Origin: Octopus sinensis
Lineage: Eukaryota
Reading direction: 5' to 3'
Length of the DNA stretch: 64,000 nucleotides
Assembly: GCF_006345805.1 (NCBI RefSeq)
Contig: NC_042998.1
Span: forward strand, 136,214,001-136,278,000
The notes under the pieces are model-generated. The model saw nothing but the letters and a program-made list of their open reading frames with translations, made no database searches and had not been told where the DNA came from. A program made the position numbers and the translations under genes. The first letter of the stretch is position 1. The number at the start of each line of letters is the position of its first letter. This document shows positions 26,787 to 39,730 of the stretch, one piece after another.

Positions 26787-27674
26787 ATAAAGGCACCACC
26801 ACCCCACATCCCGAAAAGACAACAGATTAATACTTGTCACAGGTTAGGGTTATTTTTTCCTCACCACAATTATTTCTAGTTAACTTTTTAATGTTCTGTA
26901 TATTAAATATGTTAAAACTAACTTAACTTCCATTATTATAAATATCCTTTCTAATTTTGGCACAAGGCCAGCAATTTTGAGGGGAAGGGAAGTCAATTAC
27001 ACCAACCCCAATAATCAACTGCTACTTATTTTATCAGTCCCAAAAGGATAAAAGGCAAAGTCAACCTCAGTGGGATTTGAAATCAGGACATATACAGCTG
27101 AAAGAAATGTTGCTAAATATTTTGTCCACCATCATAACAATTCTACCAGCTCACCATCTTACCCATGGTTATAAATACGAAAGTGTGTCACATCTGTGAT
27201 ATAGTGAACTGAAAAAACTTAGATTAACTGAGATTTTCTATACAACTAGAAGTCAAAAATTTCCTTTAGAGAGTGTTTAAAATCTGAGAACAACAAATAT
27301 AAAGATATAATTCTAATAAGATGTTGAACATACTTTGCTGAAGAGATCTAATAAAGCTGGAATATGTCCATTATCTTCACCAGTTGGTTTAAAGACTAGG
27401 TCCACACCAATACATCACTTCATATATTTTCAAAATAATAATAATAATAATCCTTTCTACTAGAGGCACAAGGCCTGATATTTAGGGGAGCAGATAGTTG
27501 ACTACATTAACTCCAGTACACAACTGGTACTTATTTTATTGACCCCGAAAGGATGAAAGGTAAAGTTGACCCCAGCAGAATTTGAACTCAGAATGTATAG
27601 CTGCTCGAAAATACCACCAAGCATTTCAGCTGGTGTGCTAACGATTTTGCCAGCTTGGTGCCCTAATAATAATA

Positions 27675-27762
<88 letters not shown>

Positions 27763-27995
27763 CTAATTAACTTTAGCTAATAGATTTTATTAAAATTATA
27801 TCTGTTGCTTGTTTTTATTTTCCTTTTAGATTTTGGGCTTTTAAACACCATCTAGAGGGAATTATTTTCTATAAAATGCATAATTCCTTCTGTTAATTGA
27901 ATTTTTTCAACATCTCCAGTTATTAACTGATGTCTCCCATTTGAGAAACCCGATCACAGTCACATTTAGCATAATGGGAATAGAGATAGGGATTG

Positions 27996-28062
<67 letters not shown>

Positions 28063-28075
28063 CAGATAGACAGAC

Positions 28076-28150
<75 letters not shown>

Positions 28151-28167
28151 CAGATAGACAGACAGAT

Positions 28168-28221
<54 letters not shown>

Positions 28222-28622
28222 GTAGATATGTTTCTTTATTAGCCACACAGGGCTGCACACAGATAGAACAAATTACAAGGTAGAGCTTTTCTTTTGAAGG
28301 TTTAAAAAAAAAAAAAAAAAAAAAAAAAAGGAAGGGGGAGTTTCGATCAAAGGGATCGTTAAAGGAGAGAAAGAGGACAAAAGAAAGGGGTGTTAAAAAA
28401 AAAAAAAAAAAAAAAAAAAAGGGGGAGAGGAAAAAAATTGATCAATAGGGATCGTTATCACAGAAATGTCAATATGAAGTGTAAAGGGGAGGACAGGTGA
28501 GGTTTACCCGTGGAAAGAAAAGCCTACGGAAAAGACCACGGTAACCTCGGTCAATGAAGTTACATTTTATATTTCTTTTTTTTTTTTGCAAATAAGCAAC
28601 TCTCTGTTTTCGATTTCTGGGT

Positions 28623-31600
28623 TCATAGGACTATGCTCAAGGTGGCTTCGTCATTCATACGTGCCATTCTTGCTACATTCACCCATCTTTTTTAAAACAT
28701 TCGCTAGACAAAACTTGCCTCTCTACTCTCACTTTCCTTTTCAAGTGGTACTTGAAGAAGTTGATGAGAGATTGACCAGAGAGAAAGTGTTTGTCTCCAA
28801 TCCTTTCAGACGCGTCCACCAGATACTTCTTTCTCGCCATAGCCACAAGGATGATGAAAATAGCTCTTCCTTCCGTTTGAAGGAAGGAGGCGTGACAATA
28901 TTGACGATAGACTCAGCTGATAAACCGACTCGTCCAACACGTGACAGCAGTTGTTCGACATAAGCCCACAGGTCGGAAATTGTTGGACACTGAACGAGTG
29001 CGTGCAGAACGGTTTCGTCGCTCTGACCGCATCTCGGGCAGGTCGGCCCCGTGTTTCTCGAGCCGTGTCTGTAGAGCTTATCCCGAACGGGTAGCGCTTC
29101 TCGGTAGCACTGCCAGGCCAGGGATCTCTGGAAGTTGTCCATGGGCCCTGGCCCGAAAGTCGTCCCGAACAGGCGGGTCAGGTACTCCTCGTCGACGTCC
29201 AGGTTCGCCCCGAGCTCGTCGTCGTACCTCCCCTCCACTAAACCCCTATAGAATGCTTTGGTTGTGTTGAAGTCACTTAAGGTCGACCTTGAGAGCAACG
29301 CGACACTCGCGGTGCCATTCGCCCTTCCTCGGCCTCTTTTTGATCCACGACTGCAGTTCGGTCATGGAGACGAGCTGCGGGAAAGCGTGCCTCACAAACG
29401 GCGACCACACCTGTTCACCGTCGTCTACATAGAGCCAGAGATGTCGCAGTCTCAGCGCGTGTCTGCGCATCATCAACCACGGCATGCCCAGCCCTCCTTT
29501 TAACGGGTGTTGACAGCAAATGGATCGCCTGACCATCGGGACGCATCCTTTCCACAAGAAGCGAAAGAGGATGCGTTGTAGTTTGGTGATGGTAGGGTCG
29601 GGACAAGGTACGACGGTCAGGCGGTAGTAGATGACGGACGCGATGTACGTGTTCGCCACCTCCGCTCGACCTTTTAGGGACAGTTTCCTCTCGGCCCATT
29701 GCCGGCGAGGGTGACCACCCTACTCGTTATCTCGTTCCAGTTCTTCTCCATTTGGAGGTCCGGACCGAACCAGACCCCGAGCAACTCAACCGGGCCGTCG
29801 GTCCAGCGTCCCACGATGGAGGCGCTGGTGGACGGCATGGGCTTGCTTCTCCAGGTGCCTAGTCGCAAGCCCACTGACTTTTCCCGGTTGATTTTCGCTC
29901 CTGTCACCGCTTCGTAGTTTTTCAGTGTCCCGCCGACCAGCTCGATGTGCTCGTGGCTAGACACTATGACGGTGACGTCGTCCGCATATGCAGACACGCT
30001 CGTCCCGCATCCCAATTCTCGCGGGATGCCCCTTAGAGTCGCCAGCTTCCGCAGTAGTGGCTCAAGAGTCAATACGTATAGAAGCGCCGAGAGGGGGCAT
30101 CCCTGACGGACCGAACGTGCAATGTCGAAAGGTCTCGATAGATGTCCATTTACGCGAATTACCGAACGGATGCCTCTGTACAAGGCAGCTATCCAGCCGC
30201 GGAAGACGGGACCGAAACCAGCCGCTCTCAGGACCGCCTCCAAGTATCGATGGTCTACCCTATCAAAGGCTTTCGATTGATCCAAGTTGATCAGGGCCCC
30301 ACCCATGCCAGGTTCGTTAACTACCCTGTCTATGATGTAGCGCATCAGATGGAGGTTGTCATGGATGGTCCGGCCTGGCACGGCGCATGTTTGCGCCTTG
30401 TCGACCAGTTTCTCGATGACAAGCGCCAACCTCTTGGCTAGCACCTTGCCAAAATTTTCAAGTCTGCATTAAGCAGAGTGATGGGCCTAAAGTTATCTAT
30501 TACATTTCCCTTGTTTAGATCTTTCTTCAGCAGTGTTACGGCTCCTCGGCTCACAAAACCAGGAATGCTCCTGTTTTGCTGCCAGTTGCAGTACACCGCC
30601 ACCAAGAGATCTCCAAACAAGTCTGGCATACAATTGTAAAGCTCGTAGGGTAGACCATCCAAACCCGGTGATTTGTCCCTCGAGCATTCTGCCATCGCTT
30701 CCTCCGCACTTCCGCCGCCGTGATGGCACCTTCGCAGCACCCTGCCTTTCTTGTCGAGAGTCGTGGTAGGCTATGTAGGTAGGCACTGAAGTCCACCCTA
30801 CGTTCTTGCCCTCCACTCGTTCCGAACAGTCGGGCAAAATGCTGCTGAAAGGCCTCACACATTTTACTTGGCTCGAGCAATTCGCGCCCCTGTTCATCTA
30901 CCAGTGACCGAATGGTGGCTTTGTTGCCCTGTTGCGCCTCTGCCACCCGGGCCTCTCTCGCGGCTCCAACACCTTCGTTCCTTAGAGCACGCATCCTAGC
31001 TCTGACAGCACATCCTTCGTGTTTGGCGTTGAAGTGTTGGTCGAGGGCCAACCTCGCCGCCAAAACGTCGGATGCGATGCCGCTTCTAATTGCCTCTTCT
31101 AGCTTCTTAACTAGCTCACCCTCTACTCTATTTCTATCTATGGCTAGTGCTTTGCTGTACCTAATCGCTTCTGCTTTTACTGCTCTCTTGAGGGCAAACC
31201 ACCATTTGTTGTTGATGATAGCTCCCGTCAAAGCCCTCTTACTAGTGTGCTAATCCGGTCTCTGAAAACTTGTCTCGATGGGAAAGACGCGTTTAGTTTC
31301 CAGTATCCGGGACCCTGCCTAAGTGTCTTACCTAAGTCTAGCGTACATGTCACAAGTTTGTGATCCGTGTAGCTGACTATGTGGAATTGTGGACATCCTA
31401 TGCTATCTCTATCTACTGTCCTACACAGTATCCTATCTAGATACGATCTCGACGACCCGATGCGGTTGCTCCATGTCCACGTTGGCGCATTCGGGTGGTC
31501 TAGTCGGAACCTGTCAGACAGTTGAAAGCGTCTGAGCAGGTCTCTGAGGCATTTGCATCCCCGTCTATTCCTATCTCTACCCACGTAGTCTACATGCGTG

Positions 31601-32039
31601 TCCAAGGTAGCATTCCAATCCCCCACTAAGAGTAAAGGACGAGACGTTCCCAAGAAAACTTCTAGACGTTGAAAGAAATACGCCCGACCTGTTAAGGGCG
31701 GTGCGTAAACTGATACGAGTCGAAAAGCGCACCCATTGCTGCCGTCGACATCCAGGACGACCAGTCTACCCTCCGGGTCTACGAATATTGTCCTTACTTT
31801 GAGATCCAGACTCTTGTGAAAAAGTACCGCGGTGCCACTACCGCCCATTCTCGGCAGACAGGGGGAAAAATAAATGTTGAACTGTCCGCCAAACATGGTC
31901 TTTAGGGCCGCGGATTGTGGAGTCTGGTCTCGCTTATGGCTATGATTTCTAACTTATGTGACTTTATGTCATTTAAGAGGTACCCTTGTTTCCAAGGGGA
32001 CCCCAAGCCACGCGCATTTACACAACCGATCTTGATCAT
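28623..32039 (-). pseudogene. Tx1 ORF2 (APE + RT + CCHC), frameshifted
   Basis: ATG at 32039: MIKIGCVNARG..ISETR..VYAP..GDWN..SYLDRIL..YTDH (APE catalytic set); GLDGLPYELY, NFRPITLLNAD, LDQSKAFDRVDH, RQGCPLS, YADD (RT). Broken by at least 6 frameshifts including a 17-nt deletion. Confidence 0.93.
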
Positions 32040-32738
32040 AGTTCTAATGAATTAGAATACAGAGGGTTACTTACTGCTCGAAAGTTTTTGCTTTCTCCTC
32101 CGTTGGTTTGTCCTCGAGAAGATCCCAGTACAGTTTCTTTGTGAGATTTTTGGCATTTACCAACCGCACTGGGGAAAATGCCTTTGAGTGTGTGGTGCAG
32201 ACTTTTGGAAATGTGTAATATTTTGATGTGGTCTGGTGGTGTTGTGTATGGGTGATTGTTTGTTTTTATGTCATCTTCTGTTATGTTTGTTTTTGATTGG
32301 ATGTATTCCATCAAATTTGTGTGTTTTTGGTGTCTATGGCTGTGAGCATGTTTGCTGTATATGTTTTTGTGGTGTTGGTGTGGCTGTTGTTTGCGTTGGG
32401 TTTTGAAATGTCTTCGGGAGATGTATTTCCCCCTGCTTTGTTCGTGTTTGCATTTGGTTTGGTTGTGTTTCTGCTCTTTATTTTCCTTCTTTTTGTAGCT
32501 ATTTGCCATTCCTCACTGGTTTCGTCTTCCGACGAAATTTCTGAGGAATCAGAAGGGGGTAGGGGTATGTTGTGGGCTTCTATGTATGTCTGTGTAAGTG
32601 GTTGTGTTGTTGTTTTCGTTGTTGTTGGTTGTTGAGTGTTTGTGTGTGTTGAGTGCGGTATAAGGGATGGGGGATCAGTTTGTGTGTGTTTTCTTTGTTT
32701 TTCTGTTCCTTTGGGTTTTGCTGTTGTTGGTGGTGTTA
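32036..32738 (-). pseudogene. Tx1 ORF1 C-terminal remnant
   Basis: Thr/Pro/Lys-rich frame [33 protein letters not shown] from 32739, frameshifting near 32300 into ..[23 protein letters not shown] (TGA 32038-32036). Confidence 0.7.
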
Positions 32739-32769
32739 GGTAGATAGATAGACAGATAGACAGACAGAT

Positions 32770-32825
<56 letters not shown>

Positions 32826-32826
32826 G

Positions 32827-32884
<58 letters not shown>

Positions 32885-32931
32885 AAGATAGAAATAGAGA
32901 TAGATAGATAGGGAGAGGGAAAGATAGAGAG

Positions 32932-32981
<50 letters not shown>

Positions 32982-33961
32982 GCCCTTTTACGGGGAATTA
33001 GCTGAGATGTGTTAGATAAAAAGAATGTTAAATCTTAAATTGTCCCAAAATATCATGTGACTCACTTTCAACATAGTGCTGTGGTGCATTAGATCTAATG
33101 AGATATCCTCCTTCTCATCATCATCATCATCATCATCATCCTTATCACCACCACCACCACCACCACCACCACCACTAACCACCATCACCACCATTATCAG
33201 CAGCAGCAGCACTGCCACCATCACCATTATAACCCTCAATACTATATAATCACCACTAATACATCCACTGTTGCCGTTATAAGCAGTGCCACCATCTCCA
33301 ACACCACTATCATCAAACTGCTATAATCTCTTCATCATCATCATCATCATCATCATCATAAAAGTACAGAATAGGAGACAAATCTACATGCATAAATTAA
33401 TCCTGCTGGCAGTCCTCCCACCTGCATGGATTAAATGTTCTGATTAATCTTTACTGATTAATCTTCCTCATGGTAACATTTTAAATTTTGAGAATTTCAA
33501 CCATTTTAAATGAGAAGCTCCCCACTCACACAAACATATATGCTTGTGCTCACACACACACACACTTTTTTTTCTTTCCATGATCATTTAACTCTCTCAC
33601 ATGCTCTTTGTCTATCAATCTGACTATCTATTTATTTGCCAATAACAAACTCATTGCCACAGCTTCCAGAAATATCGTTTTTATGTGCTGAATCAATATT
33701 TATTACTGAGGTGTAATTGCTTCACAAGTAATTTGATCTGAGACTAGATGTTGAAACTAAAACAACTGTGGTATGGATAGCACAAATTAACCATTCAAAA
33801 ACATGCATTTTAGTTTCACTTGAATGTTTATTATTTGATGTTAAAATTTTCATTGTATCAATTGCAATCTGGTCATTGAGCTCCACTCCAGTGGAAATGG
33901 GTGAGTGACCAGGTTACAGTGGATGCTTTGAAAATTTTGACACTAAATAATAAGCGTTTAA

Positions 33962-34163
33962 CCCTTTAGCAATTAAACCAGTCATATCTGGCCAAAATAT
34001 TCTACCTGCTTTATGTCCAAACTGGCCAAGTCTACAATATCGTTCTAAAAAATTAACAGTTACCTCATCAAAACGTCTTAGCTACAAGATAATGCATGAT
34101 TAATCCAAGACAATGGGAATAAGTAAGCATTACCTTTGACAGAATAATATGGATGCTAAAGGA
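33962..34163. mobile_element. piggyBac-type MITE
   Basis: TTAA|CCCTTTAGCA...TGCTAAAGGA|TTAA. Confidence 0.7.
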
Positions 34164-34249
34164 TTAAGTGAAATTAACAGGATTTCTTTGTGTTTTTGAG
34201 TAGTAAAATAGTTTTCTATGCTGTAATTGTACTAAACTCTGCTTGCAAA

Positions 34250-34757
34250 GACATGTTGAGGTAAGTGAAATTGAAATCGAAATCAAATTTGATGACTGGC
34301 ATCTATGCAAGTGGAGCGCTAAGGGTACCATACGAAAATGGTTGCTGCCAGAGCAACAAACTGGCCTCCATGAAGGTGGCATGTAAAAAGCACCATTTGA
34401 GTGTGATCATTACCTGCGTCACCTTACTGGCACTCGTGCTGATGGCACATGAAAAAACATTTGAGCGAGGTCATTACCAGTGCCTCTGGACTAGCTCCTG
34501 TGCAGGTGGCACATAAAAAGCACCATTTGAGCGTGGCTGTTGCCAGTACCGCCTGACTGGCCCTTGTGCCAGTGGCACGTAAAAGCACCCACTACACTCT
34601 TGGAATGGTTGGCATTAGGAAGGGCATCCAGCTGTAGAAACTCTGCCAGATCATATTGGAGTCTGGTGCAGCCATCTGGTTTGCCAGACCTCAGTCAAAT
34701 TGTCCGACCCATGCTAGTATGGAAAGCGGACATTAAATGATGATGATGATGATGATT
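34250..34757 (+). mobile_element. RTE LINE 3'UTR with internal ~57-nt subrepeats and (GAT)n tail
   Basis: gacatgttgaggtaagtgaaattgaaatc, then repeated ggtggcacataaaaagcaccatttgagcgtgg..ccagt units, then the shared terminal tail; homologous to the units at 54510-57477. Confidence 0.85.
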
Positions 34758-35148
34758 ATGAAGGTGGCGAGCTGGCAGAATCATTAGCACACTAGGCAAA
34801 ATGCTTAGCAGTATTTTGTATGTCTTTATGTTCTGAGTTCAAATTCTACTGAGGTTTACTTTGCCTTTCATCCTTTCAGACTCAATGAAATAGGTACCAG
34901 CTGAACACTGGGGTCAATGTAATCAACTATCCCCCACCCCCAAAATTTCAGATCTTGTGCCTATAGTATAAAGAAATACTAATTTATTTATGTAAATAAG
35001 TAACTGACTGAATTTTGCTTGTTCATTGTTAATGTCTATTTTTCTATGCTAGTATGGGTAAGGCAAATACATAACGTTGAGGTTTTTTTTTCATAGCCAG
35101 ATACCATTCCTGCTACTAATCCTGATTTATGCACGTACATACACGTAT

Positions 35149-35185
<37 letters not shown>

Positions 35186-35346
35186 CACTCATGCACACAC
35201 ACACACTTATATATATATATACATAAATATACATAGCTATATGTGTGTGCATGTGTGTAGGTAATGTATTCAGAAAAAAAAGACTAATACTTGGGAATGA
35301 TGTCTGAACACTAAAAATGTAAATATTTAAAAGTAGACAACAGTAG

Positions 35347-35537
35347 GTGCAGGAATGGCTATGTGGTAAGAAACTATAGGTGCAAGAGCGTATGTGTGGT
35401 AAGAAGCTTGCTTCCCAACCACATTGTTACGGGTTCAGTCCCACTGCATGGCATCTTGGGCAAGTGTCTTCTACTATAGCCTCAGGCCGACCAAAGCCTT
35501 GAGAGTGGATTTGGTAGATGGAAACTGAAAGAAGCCC

Positions 35538-35573
<36 letters not shown>

Positions 35574-35810
35574 GCCCATCATATATATATCTGCATATAT
35601 CTGTGTGTGAGTGTGTGTGTGTGTTTGTCCCCCACCATTGCTTGGCAGCCAATGTTGGTGTGTCTACATCCCCATAACATAGTGGTTCAGCAGAAGACAC
35701 AGATAGAATAAGTACTAGGCTTACAAAGAATAAGTCCTGGGTTCGATTTGTTCGACTAAAGGCAGTGCTCCAGCATGGCCACAGTCAAATGACTGGGACA
35801 AGTAAAAAGA
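35347..35810 (+). mobile_element. Full-length family-B SINE with duplicated head and internal (TA)n/(TG)n
   Basis: Two tandem heads (gcaggaatggctatgtggtaagaa; gcgtatgtgtggtaagaagc), body, microsatellite, then 3' part ending gcagtgctccagcatggccacagtcaaatgactgggacaagtaaaaaga. Confidence 0.8.
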
Positions 35811-37178
35811 ACACAGTTTCCATTATGGTTTTTCATAAGTTAAAAGATAATCATTGTCATTGTCATCATCATTGCAGTCATCATCATATTCGTTGTCATC
35901 ATCATCATCATCACAATCATCACCCTCATGATTATCATTTTAATATCTACTTTTCCATGCTTGCATAGGCCACATGAAAATATGTTGGGACAAGATGCCT
36001 TCCTTTTAACACCCCCTACTTGTTTCCAAGCAATGTAATAATTTCCAGTGTCTTGAACAGCAAACAGCCCAGATATGTTTTATGTAAAGAACTGGAAAAA
36101 AAATGACGCCATAGAAATGGGCCTTTTGTTTACAACAATAGTACAACATATAAAGGTATGTCGAGATGTCTGATCATGCTCTCCTGGTGGACTATAAGTG
36201 ACCATCACTGTCAAGAAGCCATTGTCAATGGACCAACAAACACAAAAGAAATACAAATAATTTCCCACAAGTGTACACACACAGACCACTGCCGCCGCCG
36301 CTGCTGCTGCTGCCGCCACCACCATAATCATCATCATCAGCAGCAGCAGCAGCATTTACTGTTCATCTTCCATACTGGCATGGGTTGGATGGTTTGACAG
36401 GATCCAATAAGCCAGAGGACTGCATAGAGCTTCAATACCTGTTTTGGCATGATTCTTATGGTTGGATGCCCTTCCTAATGTAAACTACTTTACAGCGCAC
36501 ACACACACACACACACACACGATATTATCTGGGTAATAACCTTATACCATGCTTTCCAAAGCTCCTTTTCAGATGTTAGGTTAGCTACCAGATGCTCTTA
36601 TACAGTAAGGCTTCCCCTTTATTTGATATCCATGAGGAAATCTATGAGTATCCATAGATTATATACAAAAGAATTTTCATATGAGAAAATGGAATGAACA
36701 GGCTATATATCATATATCCATTCACATATAATAATGCTATTATGGAAGTACATGCACTATTCATTCTATAACTTGCTTATGCATGTACCCATATATTAGT
36801 ACATCATGCTAAATACATCTATCCTATAGTTGTTTCACTTGGAACCAAGTAGGTTGGAACAAACAAACCTAATAAGATTACCCCATAGCATTATATTTCT
36901 CTTTTTAGTATAAACTCAAATTCTAAATGAATGGATGTAAATAAGGAAAAAGTATTTATATTTGTACAAATTTGGAGTCTTATAAGTAAAGGAGATTGAA
37001 AAGATACACATTCATGAAAGTGAAAAATGTGAGTTTGTGTTTAGATATATACGAATATAAATATGTAGATTAGTGCTAAATGTATGTATGTATGTATGTA
37101 TGTATGTATGTATGTATGTATGTATGTATGTATGTATGTATGTATGTATGTATGTATGTATGTATGTATGTATGTGTG

Positions 37179-37399
37179 TACAAGGGAATGCTGTAAAGTT
37201 CCTGGCTTTGGGAAAAAGAAAATACAGGAGGATCAGTTAATTATGATTTTATTCAATATATTTCCCTCTCAGATTCACACACTTATTGCAACAGTCCTTC
37301 AGTTTTTCTAAGCCCTGTAAAAGAACTTCTAAGGCTGGGCCTCCAGCCAGGCCTTTCATGATACCCTTAAAGCTAGAAACTTTTCAGCACCCTGTTGTA
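37179..37399. mobile_element. Tc1/mariner-type MITE in (TATG)n
   Basis: TA|CAAGGGAATGCTGTAAAGTTCCTGGCTTT ... AAAGCTAGAAACTTTTCAGCACCCTGTTG|TA. Confidence 0.75.
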
Positions 37400-37429
37400 T
37401 GTATGTATGTATGTATGTATGCATGCTTG

Positions 37430-37999
37430 TATTGAGTTGTCTGGAAAGTTCATGCCGATTTATAGTAGCTTACCTTTTGACTTATTTTAGAACATGGTTG
37501 AGTCCATAAAATAGGGTTTGACTACACCTCCATTTAGAGTACAGTTTAAGATATCTTTTCATGGAAGAAGGTTTATATTCCTATAACCTGTGTTAATTCT
37601 GTAACCCTTTAAAATGGAAGATAAGAAAGTTCATTTTTGGCACTTGATGCTTTGGGAACCAGACAAAAATTGCTGTAGCTTGGCTGTGATGTGTTACCCC
37701 ACCCTCCATATTCACTAGATATTGTTCCTTCGGATTTCCACTTATTCAGGTCTCTGCAGAATAGTCTTAATGGTAAAAATTTCAATTCCTTGGATGATGT
37801 AAAAAGATACCTTGATGAATTCTTTGCCTTGAAACCACCTCAATTCTGGGAAGAGGGTATTTTCAAGTTAAAGGAAAGATGGAGATTCATTGTGCAAGAA
37901 AATGGTTCATATTTGGTTGATTAAAAATGTAATGGCAAGTATTTATTGATCTTTTTCTTTCCTTTAAAAATCGGCACGAACTTTCTGGACAACCCAATA
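37430..37999 (+). mobile_element. Internally deleted mariner transposon
   Basis: TIRs TA|TTGAGTTGTCTGGAAAGTTCATGCCGATTT / AAATCGGCACGAACTTTCTGGACAACCCAA|TA; internal transposase C-terminus HPPYSLDIVPSDFHLFRSLQNSLNGKNF..GIFKLKERWRFIVQENGSYLVD*. Confidence 0.93.
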
Positions 38000-38850
38000 T
38001 AAGAGTGCATGCAAGTAAATCTTTTGGTTTAAAAGCCTCTCTTAATGACTTGTAAAGCAACTGGGACAAAGACTGCAATAGTAAAAATTAACAGTCAAAA
38101 TTAAGCCTGTAAGCTGACAGGTTTTGGTCTCCTGCCATGCTAAGGAAGTGACCATGTGCCTCTGATTTCCTTAGAAGTGAAATGGTAACACACAAGAGAC
38201 TAATAATGATTCAAGTTGATCATTTTATGACATTATTGCCTTAAGAGTGTTCCTTTATTTTCCTAAAAGTTGAGACAAGTCTGTGGTTAAGGATGATTTG
38301 AATACTGGGCTTCTTGTATTTTGTTTTTATTTCCATTAAGTTATTTTTGGTATTTTTTTCCCATTTGTATCTCATTGTTTTTCTGTGTTATTCTTTGTCA
38401 ATGGAATGCTAGAAATAACATAATGGTGTGGGTATAAAAGAAAGAGAAACTAAAGTTGATCTAGCAGTGCTTTGGACCCTACTCACCTGAAGATGTGCAT
38501 GTATAGCTATTATTGGATCATATTAATGCACTACTGTGTGTAATATATGTAACATTCATCAATTGTCAGCTGATAATGATGCACTAAAACAATTGTAATG
38601 ATTTGTAATGATGCCTATTCATTCCATCTTCTATTAAAATTATACACAAACATACATACATACATACATACATACATACATACATACATACATACATACA
38701 TACATACATACATACATACATACATACATACATACATACATACATACACATACATACATACATACATACATACATACATACATACATACATACATACATA
38801 CATACATACATACATACATACATACATACATACATACATACATACATACA

Positions 38851-38884
<34 letters not shown>

Positions 38885-39481
38885 AATAGCAGGTTTCTTT
38901 CAGTTTCAGTATACTAAACTACCAAATCCACTTTGTGGCTAGCCAAGGGTTTTAGAAGATACTTACTCAAGGTGCCATGCAGTGGGACTGAATGTGAAAC
39001 CACATAGTTGGGAAGTGGATATTTTAGCTACTTAGCCATGTTTTTGCAGTGTCTGGCTGAAATATAAGGGCTGCAAGTTTCATTTAACTTGCTGCTTATT
39101 TTCTTTCTCTTTTTTAATTAGTAGATTATGTCTGTATTTTTTTTTTGTTCTCTTAATCATTGATTTAATATTCTTTTCACATATATATATATGTCTACAT
39201 GTGTAAACAGAGAATAATATGTTATGTATTTTTAATGTAAATTATGTATCTAAATCAATAACTATCATAAAAATATTGTTTAGTAATAGAAATACTCTTG
39301 ATAATAACCATTTATTCCAATATGTATAGGGAAGCATATAGAATCACTTAAGATAACAATTGTTTCTGATTTGATAAACAATTATATCAGGCATTTGTTT
39401 TCTTTTGCTTTTATTTTTTTCTTTATCTTATTATTATTTTTTTAATTTTTGATTAATGCGATAATGTCTAATGGATTTTAA

Positions 39482-39730
39482 CCCTTTTGATACCAACCCA
39501 CCCAAGATCACCACTATTATACAACTTTACTGCATTAAAGTGATCTAAATATAAATCTCCTATCAAAACTTCGTGTTAATTTATGTTTCAAACACAATTT
39601 TAACAATGATAGTTAATTAACAAAATTCTAAATAGCAGCTTATCAATGACAGCTATTTAAGTAAAATTCTTCATTTTCAAAGTTAATGAAACAAAGTCAT
39701 ATATTTTAGAAGAAATATGTAACAAAAGGG
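39482..39730. mobile_element. piggyBac-type MITE
   Basis: TTAA|CCCTTTTGATAC...GTAACAAAAGGG|TTAA (11/12 TIR match). Confidence 0.75.

Larger units (their letters stand above)
28229..32738 (-). mobile_element. Tx1-clade LINE, copy 2 (~4.5 kb, 5'-truncated inside ORF1)
   Basis: ORF1 remnant, APE endonuclease, RT and zinc knuckle in order; same 3'UTR/end as copy 1; (GATA)n arrays directly on both sides (~28009-28228 and ~32739-32910); GC- and CpG-rich relative to the host. Confidence 0.97.
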
